Shown here: one piece after another, positions 1 through 9,733 of the stretch
Layout of the letters: the number at the start of each line of letters is the position of its first letter
Position numbering within the stretch: position 1 is the stretch's first letter
Assembly: GCA_045650525.1 (NCBI GenBank)
Contig: JAZRRH010000013.1
Location: 43,881 to 107,880, forward strand
Direction: 5' to 3'
Source: Candidatus Nanosyncoccus sp.
GTDB lineage: Bacteria > Patescibacteriota > Saccharimonadia > Saccharimonadales > Saccharimonadaceae
Length of the DNA stretch: 64,000 nucleotides
Program-made: the position numbers and the translations under genes
Notes under the pieces: model-generated
Told to the model about the DNA's origin: nothing
Databases searched by the model: none
Seen by the model: only the letters and a program-made list of their open reading frames with translations

Positions 1-391
1 CATGATCCGGTTTGAAATATTTTTCCGGCAGGAGGTCTTTGGTGATTCTGATAATTTTGCTACGCGAGACGCCTTCGCCGTAACCTTGGTAAGCAAGTGT
101 AGACCAGTAATTTCGAGCGGAAACCACGACGCCACCCTGTTTTAGGACGGGCTCAGCGATTTTGCGCCACAATTCGACCCGGGCAGCAGTAAAAAGTAAG
201 ACGTTGGTGATTGGCTCGAGATCGTAGCCGCGCGTCAAAATCATATCATGAAGATCGTGGGCTTGAGGCAAATCGCCATCTGGTTCTTCGAGCATGGCGA
301 CAGTTTTGCCTTTTTCTTCGTAGTATTTTTTGAGGAGTTCGGCTTGAGTGGATTTTCCGGTGCCGTCTTGGCCTTCAATCACTATATACAT
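1..391 (-). CDS. tmk: Thymidylate kinase, partial (3' end runs off the window)
   Basis: Manual translation of the minus strand from ATG at 391: MYIVIEGQDGTGKSTQAELL...LLFTAARVE...SARNYWSTLAYQG (P-loop and TMPK motifs). Not in the ORF track because it is truncated. Confidence 0.93.
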   Translation of the reverse strand, partial: MYIVIEGQDGTGKSTQAELLKKYYEEKGKTVAMLEEPDGDLPQAHDLHDMILTRGYDLEPITNVLLFTAARVELWRKIAEPVLKQGGVVVSARNYWSTLAYQGYGEGVSRSKIIRITKDLLPEKYFKPDH

Positions 392-969
392 TTTAAATAC
401 CTTTCATAGCAGGCGGGGCAGATGGCTCGATATTCGATCTTGCTTTTGCCGTCATCTATCAAAATGTCTGGCCCGTCAGCAATTAATTTGCCATTTAAGA
501 ATCTAGCGTTATAAGTGGCTTTTTTGCCACAAGTGCAGATGGTTTTGATCTCTTCGATGTCGTGAGCGATTTGGAGAAGCCGAGTAGCGCCCTTAAACCC
601 GCCGTCTTCACGACGAAAGTTAAGCCGAAGACCGTAAGCGATGACTGGGATATCGAGATATATGGTGATAAGCATCAGTTGGTCGGCTTGTTTTTTGGTC
701 AAAAACTGCGCTTCATCTACTAGAATGCAGTGGACATCGCTGAAGGATTTTTTTATTTCTTTAAATATGTTGGTTTTATTATCAAAGCAAAGGTCCGTCT
801 CGCGTTCTGGCCCAATGCGGGTCAAAATCTTAGTACCGTTTTTGACGTCGGTTTTTGGTTTGATAACGCAAACCTTGTGGCCGCGCTCTTCATAGTTGAA
901 AGCGACCTGAAGAAGCTGCATCGTCTTCCCACACCCCATTGCTCCATAGCGGAAATACAATTTTGCCAT
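382..969 (-). CDS. tdk: Thymidine kinase
   Basis: GAMGCGKT P-loop, ILVDEAQF, YGLR, and Zn-binding CTCG...CPAC. Confidence 0.96.
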   Translation of the reverse strand: MAKLYFRYGAMGCGKTMQLLQVAFNYEERGHKVCVIKPKTDVKNGTKILTRIGPERETDLCFDNKTNIFKEIKKSFSDVHCILVDEAQFLTKKQADQLMLITIYLDIPVIAYGLRLNFRREDGGFKGATRLLQIAHDIEEIKTICTCGKKATYNARFLNGKLIADGPDILIDDGKSKIEYRAICPACYERYLKCI

Positions 970-987
970 ATGCTATAATTATAGCAT

Positions 988-1635
988 ATGCACGAGAGTT
1001 GGAAGCCGTTTCTTAAGGGAGAATTTAAAAAACCATACTTCAAGGAATTATCTAAATTTTTACACGAAGAGTATGAGACTAAGACAATCTTTCCGCGGAA
1101 AGAATTGGTATTTAGGGCATTTGCGACTGATCTTAATGCGGTGAAAGTCGTAATCCTAGGGCAAGACCCATACCATACGCCTGGCGCGGCAGAAGGGTTG
1201 GCTTTTTCAGTACCAAATTCTCAGCCGATACCGCCTTCTTTGAAAAATATCTACAAGGAGATCGATTCTGATATTGGGGAGCACAAAAACCCGCGCGGGA
1301 GCCTGGCGTCTTGGCAAAAACAGGGAGTATTGCTTTTAAACACCGTTTTGACAGTGGAGGCACACCGGGCCGCTTCACATCGTGGCAAAGGTTGGGAAAC
1401 ATTTACCACTGCTACGATTTCATATTTAAATAACGCTAGACCTCACCTCGTGTTTATCTTATGGGGGAGAGATGCAAGAAGCAAAAAGGGCTTGGTTGAC
1501 TCGTCAAAGCATTTAGTCATAGAATCCGCACATCCGTCACCACTATCGGCATATCATGGATTTTTTGGAAGCCGACCGTTTTCGAAATGCAACGAGTTTC
1601 TCACGGAACACGGGATGGATCCGATTAAATGGTGA
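988..1635 (+). CDS. ung: Uracil-DNA glycosylase (family 1)
   Basis: ILGQDPYH, GVLLLN and HPSPLS motifs. Confidence 0.97.
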   Translation: MHESWKPFLKGEFKKPYFKELSKFLHEEYETKTIFPRKELVFRAFATDLNAVKVVILGQDPYHTPGAAEGLAFSVPNSQPIPPSLKNIYKEIDSDIGEHKNPRGSLASWQKQGVLLLNTVLTVEAHRAASHRGKGWETFTTATISYLNNARPHLVFILWGRDARSKKGLVDSSKHLVIESAHPSPLSAYHGFFGSRPFSKCNEFLTEHGMDPIKW

Positions 1636-1643
1636 CGACAAAA

Positions 1644-2189
1644 TTAGAGCCATTTTTCTAGACGGGCGCGCTCGTCTGAACCTTCGGGGTAAGAATCAAG
1701 GATATCCTCGATGTAGGTTTTGCCATTGGTAATATTTAGCGTCTTTACCTCCGGCATTGAAGCCAGGAGTCTCACCACAGCTTCGTCGGTTTCAAAATTT
1801 GTCATGGAGTGTTTGGGATCTACCGAGAAAGAGTGAACTCGGAGCTCACTATACACGAAGCGTTTAATGCCGGCTTGGAGGCAGTGTTTGAGGCAGTTTT
1901 CACAAGTCGCAACTCTATTGTATAGAGTGCAGCCAGTAAGATCCTGGCGAGAAAAAATGATAGCGTTCATTTCGGAGTGAATGATAAAATGATATTTCAT
2001 CGGACGCTCACTCAGAGTTAGCTTAGATTCGTCGGCGGCTTGCACCAGGCCATTATAACCCAGCGAAACTACGCGCTTGTTATTGTCTACTATGACACAA
2101 CCCATTTTGGATGAAGGATCTTTTGATTTTGCCGAAACGGCATCGGCGATGCCTAGAAAGTATTCATCCCATTCTTGCTGTTTACTCAT
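1644..2189 (-). CDS. dCMP (deoxycytidylate) deaminase
   Basis: SKDPSSKMGCVIV, GYNG, HSEMNAI and CENC Zn-deaminase motifs. Confidence 0.9.
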   Translation of the reverse strand: MSKQQEWDEYFLGIADAVSAKSKDPSSKMGCVIVDNNKRVVSLGYNGLVQAADESKLTLSERPMKYHFIIHSEMNAIIFSRQDLTGCTLYNRVATCENCLKHCLQAGIKRFVYSELRVHSFSVDPKHSMTNFETDEAVVRLLASMPEVKTLNITNGKTYIEDILDSYPEGSDERARLEKWL

Positions 2190-2231
2190 TTTGTCCTCCG
2201 TTTTGTTAATTATATCATGGAGGAGCTGTTT

Positions 2232-2435
2232 TTATCTAGAACTTAAGTGCCAATGATCGCCAAATTCGCATTTATAGACAGTCAAATCTTTAACACCGTG
2301 ATCATACTCAGCCACTCTGGCTGCCAGCTCTGCCTCTTCGCGAGTAGCATAGCAGATTTTATGAGAATCGCCCACCCAGCAGCGCTTGGGTGTATAGACC
2401 TGATTCGGATTCAGATGTTTATTTCGATTTGCCAT
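2232..2435 (-). CDS. Small hypothetical protein, probable metal-binding (C..C / YKCEFGDHWHLSS)
   Basis: 67-aa ORF with Cys/His pattern, co-oriented with the deaminase. Confidence 0.7.
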   Translation of the reverse strand: MANRNKHLNPNQVYTPKRCWVGDSHKICYATREEAELAARVAEYDHGVKDLTVYKCEFGDHWHLSSR

Positions 2436-2499
2436 ATTTTTTTATTATACTATAATAAGATAAATGTTGTACCTTTGAGTTTTATAAAAAGGGAGGGCG

Positions 2500-2763
2500 A
2501 TGATGAACGAACTTAGAATCACTTTTGGCCTCGAACATTTTGAGGCGATGGTAGACGAGACGGCGGCGCAGGAAATTATGGATATTGCAGCTCGGTCTAT
2601 GATACCGAGGTTGCACGAAAATTTGATTGGAGAAAAAATCAACGAAATGATATCGTTCGGTGTTTCTCCTGAAAAAATTTTTAAATATCTAAAAGAAGAA
2701 CAGCGGACCCCCGAGGTGATGTTGTTACTTTCAAAAAACGGCCTGTCTTACGAGAGGTCTTGA
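2500..2763 (+). CDS. Hypothetical protein
   Basis: 87-aa ORF with GGGAGG SD upstream and a hairpin downstream. Confidence 0.65.
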   Translation: MMNELRITFGLEHFEAMVDETAAQEIMDIAARSMIPRLHENLIGEKINEMISFGVSPEKIFKYLKEEQRTPEVMLLLSKNGLSYERS

Positions 2764-2869
2764 CCTCTGCAATTTGCAGGCTTCGTTCAAATGTAAGGCT
2801 GGATTATTCCAGCCTTCTCTCTCTTATTTACGCTAGACAACAAGGCGATTTTATGGTAGAATTACTCTT

Positions 2870-4753
2870 ATGACTTTAGATAAAAATAAAATTCGAAATG
2901 TGGCTATTATTGCGCATGTTGACCATGGTAAGACAACTTTGGTTGATGGGCTTTTGAAACAGTCGCATACTTTTCGCGACAATCAAGCAGAAATGTCGCA
3001 AACTTTGATCATGGATTCAATGGACCAGGAGCACGAACGCGGAATTACGATTACCGCCAAGCAAACCTGTGTTTATTACGATGGGTATAAAATTAATATT
3101 ATCGACACACCTGGGCACGCAGATTTTTCCGGTGAGGTAGAACGTACCCTAAATATGGCGGATGGCGTACTTCTTATCGTTGATGCGCAGGAAGGCCCGA
3201 TGCCTCAGACCAAATTCGTCCTGTCTAAGGCTCTAGATTTAGGCCTAAAGCCAGTGGTAGTAATTAACAAAATTGACAAACCTGCAGCGAGGATTCCGGA
3301 AGTTTTGTCAGAAATCGAATCGCTATTCTTGGAACTTGCAACAGATGAATCGCAGCTGTTTTATCCAGTTTACTATGCGATCGCTCGTGAAGGTAAAGCC
3401 GGCAAGACCACTGAACTCGATGACGATCTGCATGTGATTTTTGAGTCAATCATTAATGATATCCCAGCTCCGTCAGTGGATTCCGATTCCGATTCGGCAC
3501 AACTGCTCGTAGCTGCGCTAACCAGTGATAACTATCTCGGTAAATATTGTATCGGTAAAATTTTCCGTGGCAAGCTAAAAAAAGGACAGAGTGTTAGCAT
3601 TTTACATAAAACAACAAATTCATCATCCGAGGCAGTAAGACTTGGCCTAGCGGCCCGGAGCGCTGCCGAGGAGGATGGATTTGTTGTTTTGCGTGGAAAA
3701 ATTGAAAAACTGTTCATTTATAAGGGGCTTGGCAAGGAAGAGGTTTCCGAAGCAATTGCCGGGGATATTGTAGCCGTAACTGGTGTTTCGGAGGCGAACA
3801 TCGGTGACACTATCGCTACAGGTGACAAGCCTGAGGCTTTGCCAACAATTGAGCTTGAAGCTCCTACTCTTTCTATCTATATTGGCCCAAATACTTCACC
3901 ACTTAAGGGGCGTGAAGGCGAATTTACGACTTCACGACAAATCGCCGAAAGGCTCGAAAAAGAACTCGAGACCAACATTGCTCTTAAAATCCAGCCAGAT
4001 GGACTTGGCTACAAAGTGTCTGGCCGCGGTGAGCTGCATCTCTCAGTTTTGATTGAAACAATGCGACGCGAAGGCTACGAACTAGAAGCTGGTCGCCCAG
4101 AAGTGGTTTATCGTGACAACAATGGCGTGCAAGAAGAGCCAATTGAGTCACTTACCATCGAGGTTGATCCAGAATATGTCGGCGCTGTTTCGCAGGAACT
4201 AGGTATCCGTAAGGCCGAGCTAAAGACCCAGGAACTAACCTCTTCGGGCTCAACGAGGTTTGTCTATGAAATCTCTACCGCTGCCTTGATCGGTCTTAGG
4301 AATAATCTACTTACTGCTACCAAGGGTACAGTCATTATGTCTTCAATCCCATCGGGCTACCGACCGGTAGAAGGGAAATACCGTCCTGAGCGAAATGGCG
4401 CTCTTATATCCTTTGAAACTGGCGTCTCCACAGCCTATGCCCTCGATGCAGCCCAAGCCAGAGGAACTTTGTACATTCCACCTCAGGTAGATGTATATCA
4501 AGGTATGATCGTGGGGCTTTCAAACAAAAAAGATGATCTTGATATCAATGTTTGCCGCGAAAAACAGCTTACCAACATGCGTACGCATGCCTCTGATGGT
4601 GCAATTCAGCTCACTCCTTATACTCAGTTGTCTCTAGAGCAATGTCTAGACTTTCTCTTAGACGACGAGCTCTTAGAGGTCACACCAAAATCTTTGCGCC
4701 TACGTAAACGTCAACTCGACCCTATCAAACGAAAACGCGAAAACCGGGCATAA
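2870..4753 (+). CDS. typA: Translational GTPase TypA/BipA, carrying an in-frame hairpin insertion
   Basis: [31 protein letters not shown] and [11 protein letters not shown]. Confidence 0.97.
   Translation: MTLDKNKIRNVAIIAHVDHGKTTLVDGLLKQSHTFRDNQAEMSQTLIMDSMDQEHERGITITAKQTCVYYDGYKINIIDTPGHADFSGEVERTLNMADGVLLIVDAQEGPMPQTKFVLSKALDLGLKPVVVINKIDKPAARIPEVLSEIESLFLELATDESQLFYPVYYAIAREGKAGKTTELDDDLHVIFESIINDIPAPSVDSDSDSAQLLVAALTSDNYLGKYCIGKIFRGKLKKGQSVSILHKTTNSSSEAVRLGLAARSAAEEDGFVVLRGKIEKLFIYKGLGKEEVSEAIAGDIVAVTGVSEANIGDTIATGDKPEALPTIELEAPTLSIYIGPNTSPLKGREGEFTTSRQIAERLEKELETNIALKIQPDGLGYKVSGRGELHLSVLIETMRREGYELEAGRPEVVYRDNNGVQEEPIESLTIEVDPEYVGAVSQELGIRKAELKTQELTSSGSTRFVYEISTAALIGLRNNLLTATKGTVIMSSIPSGYRPVEGKYRPERNGALISFETGVSTAYALDAAQARGTLYIPPQVDVYQGMIVGLSNKKDDLDINVCREKQLTNMRTHASDGAIQLTPYTQLSLEQCLDFLLDDELLEVTPKSLRLRKRQLDPIKRKRENRA
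3608..3690 (+). repeat. In-frame palindromic insertion in typA
   Basis: AAAACAACAAATTCATC (3608-3624) pairs with GATGGATTTGTTGTTTT (3674-3690), one G-U; encodes [28 protein letters not shown]. Confidence 0.75.
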
Positions 4754-4757
4754 CAAG

Positions 4758-4787
4758 AAATCCACCGGTGAAAGCCTGTGGATTTTT
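4758..4787 (+). terminator. Intrinsic terminator after typA
   Basis: AAATCCAC...GTGGATTT stem followed by a T run. Confidence 0.65.
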
Positions 4788-4804
4788 CGTGATATAATTG
4801 TTTC

Positions 4805-5539
4805 ATGTTGATAGACACGCATTGTCATTTACACGACAGAGAATTCTTTACCGAGGAGCAGGCCGAAGAGATGCTTGGTCGCGCAAAAGAAGCAGGGGTA
4901 GAGAAGATTGTTTGTATTGGCACTTCGCACGATGATTCGCTTGCCGCCGCCGAATTTGCAGCCGCACACGATAATGTTTATTGGACATACGGCATACACC
5001 CCGAAGGGGCAGAGAAGGCCCGTTCCGAAAAAAGGCATTCGGACAGGACCCCCGCGCCTATCGCTATCGGAGAGGTGGGCCTAGATTACCATTATGAAGG
5101 ATATAACAGAGAAGCACAAATAAGATTATTCGAAGAAATGTTGCAGCTAGCTACCGATAATGATCTACCTGTTTCTTTCCATGTGCGCGAAGCTTACGCG
5201 GATTTTTTCCCTGTAGTAGAGAATTTTCCGAAAGTGCGTGGTGTAGTGCATTCTTTTACCGATAATAAGAAAGTTTTGAAGCGAATTTTAAACGAAACTG
5301 AGTATTTTATAGGGGTAAATGGCCTAGCCACCTACTCCACTCTACCCACGCCACCTCTTGAAAGGATTTTCCTCGAAACTGACGCCCCCTTCTTGACTCC
5401 TGAGCCATTTCGTGGTATAATTAATGAACCGGCCTATGTAAGGGAGGTAGCTCGCTGGCTGGCCTCCAAACTGGGTCTAGAGTACAAGATTATAGAGAAG
5501 GAGACCACGAATAATGCAAGAAAACTATTTCGAATATAA
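4805..5539 (+). CDS. tatD: TatD family deoxyribonuclease
   Basis: DTHCHL, GIHP, IGEVGLDY, HVRE, HSFT and LETDAPFL. Confidence 0.94.
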   Translation: MLIDTHCHLHDREFFTEEQAEEMLGRAKEAGVEKIVCIGTSHDDSLAAAEFAAAHDNVYWTYGIHPEGAEKARSEKRHSDRTPAPIAIGEVGLDYHYEGYNREAQIRLFEEMLQLATDNDLPVSFHVREAYADFFPVVENFPKVRGVVHSFTDNKKVLKRILNETEYFIGVNGLATYSTLPTPPLERIFLETDAPFLTPEPFRGIINEPAYVREVARWLASKLGLEYKIIEKETTNNARKLFRI

Positions 5540-5644
5540 AATACCATCTTTTGCGAGAAAAGAGGCTTATAATTTTGAGCCTATCGCTAAAGATAGCCCT
5601 TCTGTCTACGAAGAGCTTAACGCTATTTCGGAGGAGATTGAAAA

Positions 5645-6028
5645 ATGTCGTTTGCAGAATTGTTAAGGTTGCCAAGATTTCCTCTGGGCCTAAAAAATAG
5701 CCCATCACGCTATTCCAGTAAGCCATCTTATGAGGATTTAGTCAATGCCGAGTCCAAGATTGGTAGGACCATTTTTGGGCCAATCCCTAATGGTCATCAA
5801 CGCGAATTTTTCATGGCGCGAAGCAATGTATGGATTTGGCACGAAAGATACCCCGCCAGTGGCAACAGCCTTGGTGAAATGACCATCCGTTACGAAGTGC
5901 GACCAGACGGAGTCTACAAAAAGGCTACCGGTAGTGGCTACATAAAAATTGAAGGCGCTGAGCTTGAAAACTTCCGCAAAGCGACCAAGACTTATCTCGA
6001 ACTTGTCAAATCAAAACTCTATTGCTAA
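5645..6028 (+). CDS. Conserved hypothetical protein
   Basis: 127-aa ORF with SD; globular composition (ESKIGRTIFGPIP...REFF...WIWHE). Confidence 0.7.
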   Translation: MSFAELLRLPRFPLGLKNSPSRYSSKPSYEDLVNAESKIGRTIFGPIPNGHQREFFMARSNVWIWHERYPASGNSLGEMTIRYEVRPDGVYKKATGSGYIKIEGAELENFRKATKTYLELVKSKLYC

Positions 6029-6037
6029 AATAGAGTC

Positions 6038-6595
6038 ATGGATAAGAATAACGAGATTGACGCCGAGGCACTAGCTAGTGCATTTCAGGGTGATAGCAAG
6101 AAAAAACTCTCCCCTGAGAAAGAAACACGAAAGCCCAAGGGCCAAAAGAACACAAAAAAGAAAGTCTCTATAATTGTACTCATTCTTGGAATTATTGCCC
6201 TGATTGCAGGGCTAGTAGTATTAATCATCAACCTCACCAAAGGTGCGGCAATTTCTGACGCCGAGTATCTGGTCTCCGCCAAGGAATGGAGGCTCGAGGA
6301 TGGCACAAATTGCGACAACCAAAAAGACAGTGACGATGAGGCAAACTGCGAATCTGGTGTAATCTGGAAATTTACTGAGGTAGGGAAGGGTACCCTCACC
6401 ACCAATAATCATACTAATGACTATGATTTTGTTTGGGCGCTCGACGGCGACACGCTAAAAATCAACACCGATTGGCTTTATACGCTAAATAATGAATACA
6501 CTTATAAACTTGATAAGAATTCTGGTAAATTAACACTAGAAACTGAAGACGAAAAAGCTACTTTTGTATATATCAAGGACGAAGAGAACAAGTAG
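6038..6595 (+). CDS. Single-pass membrane protein with a small extracellular beta domain
   Basis: Basic N-terminus, TM (IIVLILGIIALIAGLVVLII), then a W/F/Y beta-strand pattern. Confidence 0.75.
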   Translation: MDKNNEIDAEALASAFQGDSKKKLSPEKETRKPKGQKNTKKKVSIIVLILGIIALIAGLVVLIINLTKGAAISDAEYLVSAKEWRLEDGTNCDNQKDSDDEANCESGVIWKFTEVGKGTLTTNNHTNDYDFVWALDGDTLKINTDWLYTLNNEYTYKLDKNSGKLTLETEDEKATFVYIKDEENK

Positions 6596-6622
6596 CCACC
6601 CCTGGAGGATTTATTAAAAAGA

Positions 6623-6648
6623 ATAAAACCGCCTAAAGGCGGTTTTAT
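6623..6648. terminator. Bidirectional terminator
   Basis: ATAAAACCGCC-TAAA-GGCGGTTTTAT between convergent genes. Confidence 0.8.
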
Positions 6649-7397
6649 ATTGCTAAAATTGCGCAGGACTTAATGTCTTTGTACAGCGCGTTTGCTTCAT
6701 TGATTTCTCTCGGGGAAGTTGCCCCTTTGGAAACAATACTTTTGATGATTTCAGAGCTAATTACTTTTCCGTTTATTTTGTACGGGAAAAATGCCTCAGG
6801 AGTTACGACTTCGCCAAGAACCCCGTCCCCAAATCCATAATTTTCGTGAGCGTCAGCTCGACAGTATTCGGAAAGGTATTCAAAGATACCTTCGGAGGTT
6901 TCTTTGCTCTGCATACAGTCATAGATAGACTTCGTCAAAGGAAGGTCCCAGAAATCGTTGTACCCGCACACCCACTTTGGTATGACTTTATGGATGGACT
7001 CGTAATAGTCTTTTCTTTTTTCGATGAAGGGTAGATCCCAGGACAGATCGGCAACGTATTTCTCATTGCCGAACATAAACTCCACCCAACAGTGCGGGGT
7101 CCCGTCCACAGTTCCTTGCACGTATTTTGTGCCGGGGACCATCTTTAAGGCTATCATTGACAGCACCGTCGGTTCACAGTTGAGGCAACAGCCCAAATAT
7201 GAGTCAATTCTCCGGAAGAACCCAATGTTTATATCGAAAAACTTCGATAATTCAATTCCACAGAGATACAAATTCTCCGTTTCCGCTAAAATAGCTTCGA
7301 GGAAAGCCTGATTGGGGTCCAAATGATATTGCTTGACAAAAAAACTGCTCATTTTTAGCTCCTTTCTGAAAGGTTCGCCGTAGATGGCATACGCCAA
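6645..7397 (-). CDS. Hypothetical protein, possible transglutaminase/papain-like fold
   Basis: GCC...HCWVEF...ADLSW spacing resembles a Cys-His-Asp triad. Confidence 0.55.
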   Translation of the reverse strand: MAYAIYGEPFRKELKMSSFFVKQYHLDPNQAFLEAILAETENLYLCGIELSKFFDINIGFFRRIDSYLGCCLNCEPTVLSMIALKMVPGTKYVQGTVDGTPHCWVEFMFGNEKYVADLSWDLPFIEKRKDYYESIHKVIPKWVCGYNDFWDLPLTKSIYDCMQSKETSEGIFEYLSEYCRADAHENYGFGDGVLGEVVTPEAFFPYKINGKVISSEIIKSIVSKGATSPREINEANALYKDIKSCAILAI

Positions 7398-7475
7398 AGC
7401 GATAACAACAGTTACTACAGATTTTAGTATTATATCATAACTTGATTATCTTGGCAAATGTGTTATAATATGCAT

Positions 7476-8639
7476 ATGATTTATCTTGACCATGCCGCCG
7501 CTACGCCGGTTTCCCAAAAAGCCATCAAGGCGATGGAGCCGTATTTTGCAGTGGATTTTTTTAATCCCTCGGCAGCATATCTTCCCGCAAAGAAGGTTGC
7601 GCACGATTATGAAACAGCAAAGGCGGAAATTGCGCATGGAATAGGAGCCAAGGCCTCCGATCTCGTAATCACAGCCGGGGCGACTGAGGCAAATAATCTA
7701 GCATTTACCTCTATAAGTTATGGGTCGGACGATAGCGCAGCTAAAACCGCTAGCCACAGGGTTTTATATCTTGAAACAGAGCATGATTCGGTCAGGCGCG
7801 TGGCGGAGTCCTATGACGGTATAGCTATCAAGGTGCTTCCGAATGGTCTAATTGATCTCAGGGATTTGCAAAACAAAATCTCCGATGAAACTGAGCTGAT
7901 TTCGGTCGCACTGGTCAACAACGAAATTGGCACTATTCAACCCCTTGCTGAGATCGCCGGAATAATCCGCGAAACGAAACTGAACCGCATGAAACGCGGT
8001 GTCAAGACCAAACTTTTGCTCCATTCGGACGCCTCGCAGGCACTCAATCTCCTCGATATCAATGTAGCGAGACTCGGCGTAGACCTCTTGACTATCAACG
8101 CAGCCAAAGTTTACGGCCCAAAGGGTGTAGGAGCACTTTATGCGTCGCACGACGTAAGACTTCGCCCCCTAACTCACGGTGGTGGGCAAGAAAACGGTCT
8201 TCGCTCTGGTACCGAAAATGTCCCTGCCGTGATTGGTTTTGCGAGAGCCGTAACTGATTGCAAAGAACACTTAAACGGCAACCGCAAAAAATACGCAAAA
8301 TGGCGTCAATTGTTTTTACAAAACTTGGAAAGCTACGAGTTAATCAATAAAAAACATTCTTTGGATAACTTTATCGTGCTTTGTTTTGATGGGATTGATG
8401 CAGAGAGGCTAGTGTTTATGCTAGAGGAAAAAGAAATATATGTAGCCACCGGCGCCGCTTGTGCCGCATCCAAAGGGGTGCGTTCGCACGTACTTGCGGC
8501 CATCGGCCTAACCGACTCGCAAATTGCCGGTTCTCTCCGCATAACTATGGGTGAGACCAACACAGAAGAACAGATAATTGAGGCCGCAAAAATTATCAAC
8601 GAGGTTGTCAAGAACGAGAGGGGAAGAGTCAATGGCTAA
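7476..8639 (+). CDS. iscS: Cysteine desulfurase (IscS/NifS family)
   Basis: IYLDHAAATP, GATEANN, NNEIGTIQP, AAKVYGPKG, RSGTEN and TGAACAAS; adjacent to mnmA. Confidence 0.93.
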   Translation: MIYLDHAAATPVSQKAIKAMEPYFAVDFFNPSAAYLPAKKVAHDYETAKAEIAHGIGAKASDLVITAGATEANNLAFTSISYGSDDSAAKTASHRVLYLETEHDSVRRVAESYDGIAIKVLPNGLIDLRDLQNKISDETELISVALVNNEIGTIQPLAEIAGIIRETKLNRMKRGVKTKLLLHSDASQALNLLDINVARLGVDLLTINAAKVYGPKGVGALYASHDVRLRPLTHGGGQENGLRSGTENVPAVIGFARAVTDCKEHLNGNRKKYAKWRQLFLQNLESYELINKKHSLDNFIVLCFDGIDAERLVFMLEEKEIYVATGAACAASKGVRSHVLAAIGLTDSQIAGSLRITMGETNTEEQIIEAAKIINEVVKNERGRVNG

Positions 8640-9690
8640 AACCGTTTACGTCGGAATGAGTGGTGGAGTAGATTCAAGTGTTTCGGCTCTACTTTTGAAG
8701 GAACAGGGGTATAACGTCGTGGGAGTTTATATGAAAAACTGGTCCAAGGATCTTCCCGGCATGAAATGTCCTTGGGCGGAAGATCTCGCCGACGCAAAGA
8801 GAATCGCCGTAAAGCTCGGAATTGATTTTTATGTTTGGGATTTTGAAAAGGAATATTTCGATAAGGTGGTCGAATATATGCTTTCGGAATTCAAAAAGGG
8901 AAACACGCCAAATCCCGATATTATGTGCAACCAAGAAATCAAATTCAAGTTATTTTACGAAAAGGCCATGAAAGCCGGAGCTGATTATATCGCGACCGGA
9001 CATTATGCTAGGGTAAAAAATGCAATGCTCCTCCGGGCCGTAGACGAAAACAAAGACCAAACTTACTTTCTTTATCGGATTTCCGAGGAGTCCCTTTCTC
9101 GTACTATTTTTCCAATTGGCGAAATGTTGAAGCCTGAAGTCAAAAAACTAGCGGAGGAGAAGGGTCTCCATAACGCCTACAAAAAAGAATCGATGGGTGT
9201 TTGTTTTGTGGGTGAGGTTGGAATGAAGGACTTTTTGAAGGAGTATATCGACGTGAGCCCAGGTGAAATTCGCGAGATCGAAAGCGACGAGGTGCTAGGG
9301 TATCACGAAGGTGCGGTGTTTTATACGATTGGCCAGAGACACGGACTGTATTTGAATGGCAAAAAAGGTGTAGTGAATGATGGCTTGCCTTATTATGTGG
9401 TCAAAAAAGACATCGATAAAAATGTGGTGTATGTGTCAAAAAACCTTAATCATGAGGCGATTTGGACCAGAGAGTTAGAATTAAAAGATGTTTTTGTGCG
9501 CAGTAAAGATAATCGTTTCGTAGAAGCAAAAGATATCCAGGTGCGACTCCGTCACCGTGCACCGCTCATTCCGGCTAAATTTGACGGCAATAAATTATAC
9601 TTTGCCAAGGAAATCAAGCGCCCGGCAAGCGGCCAAAGTGCCGTAATCTATGACGGCGAAGCTTGCCTTGGTGGCGGAATTATCCAATAA
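8632..9690 (+). CDS. mnmA: tRNA 2-thiouridine(34) synthase MnmA
   Basis: GMSGGVDSS, PNPDIMCN, ATGHY, KDQTYFL and SMGVCF; start taken at ATG 8632. Confidence 0.97.
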   Translation: MAKTVYVGMSGGVDSSVSALLLKEQGYNVVGVYMKNWSKDLPGMKCPWAEDLADAKRIAVKLGIDFYVWDFEKEYFDKVVEYMLSEFKKGNTPNPDIMCNQEIKFKLFYEKAMKAGADYIATGHYARVKNAMLLRAVDENKDQTYFLYRISEESLSRTIFPIGEMLKPEVKKLAEEKGLHNAYKKESMGVCFVGEVGMKDFLKEYIDVSPGEIREIESDEVLGYHEGAVFYTIGQRHGLYLNGKKGVVNDGLPYYVVKKDIDKNVVYVSKNLNHEAIWTRELELKDVFVRSKDNRFVEAKDIQVRLRHRAPLIPAKFDGNKLYFAKEIKRPASGQSAVIYDGEACLGGGIIQ

Positions 9691-9713
9691 AAATGCCCCT
9701 TCCGGGGCATTTT
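9690..9713. terminator. Bidirectional terminator
   Basis: AAAATGCCCC-TTCC-GGGGCATTTT. Confidence 0.8.
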
Positions 9714-9733
9714 AGACTCGCAGCATTAATTAA

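Noticed and set aside
5540-5644. Run of four small hairpins and an open frame between tatD and the 5645 ORF
   Set aside because: Stems are only 4-6 bp and the frame has no start codon; not distinguishable from chance.
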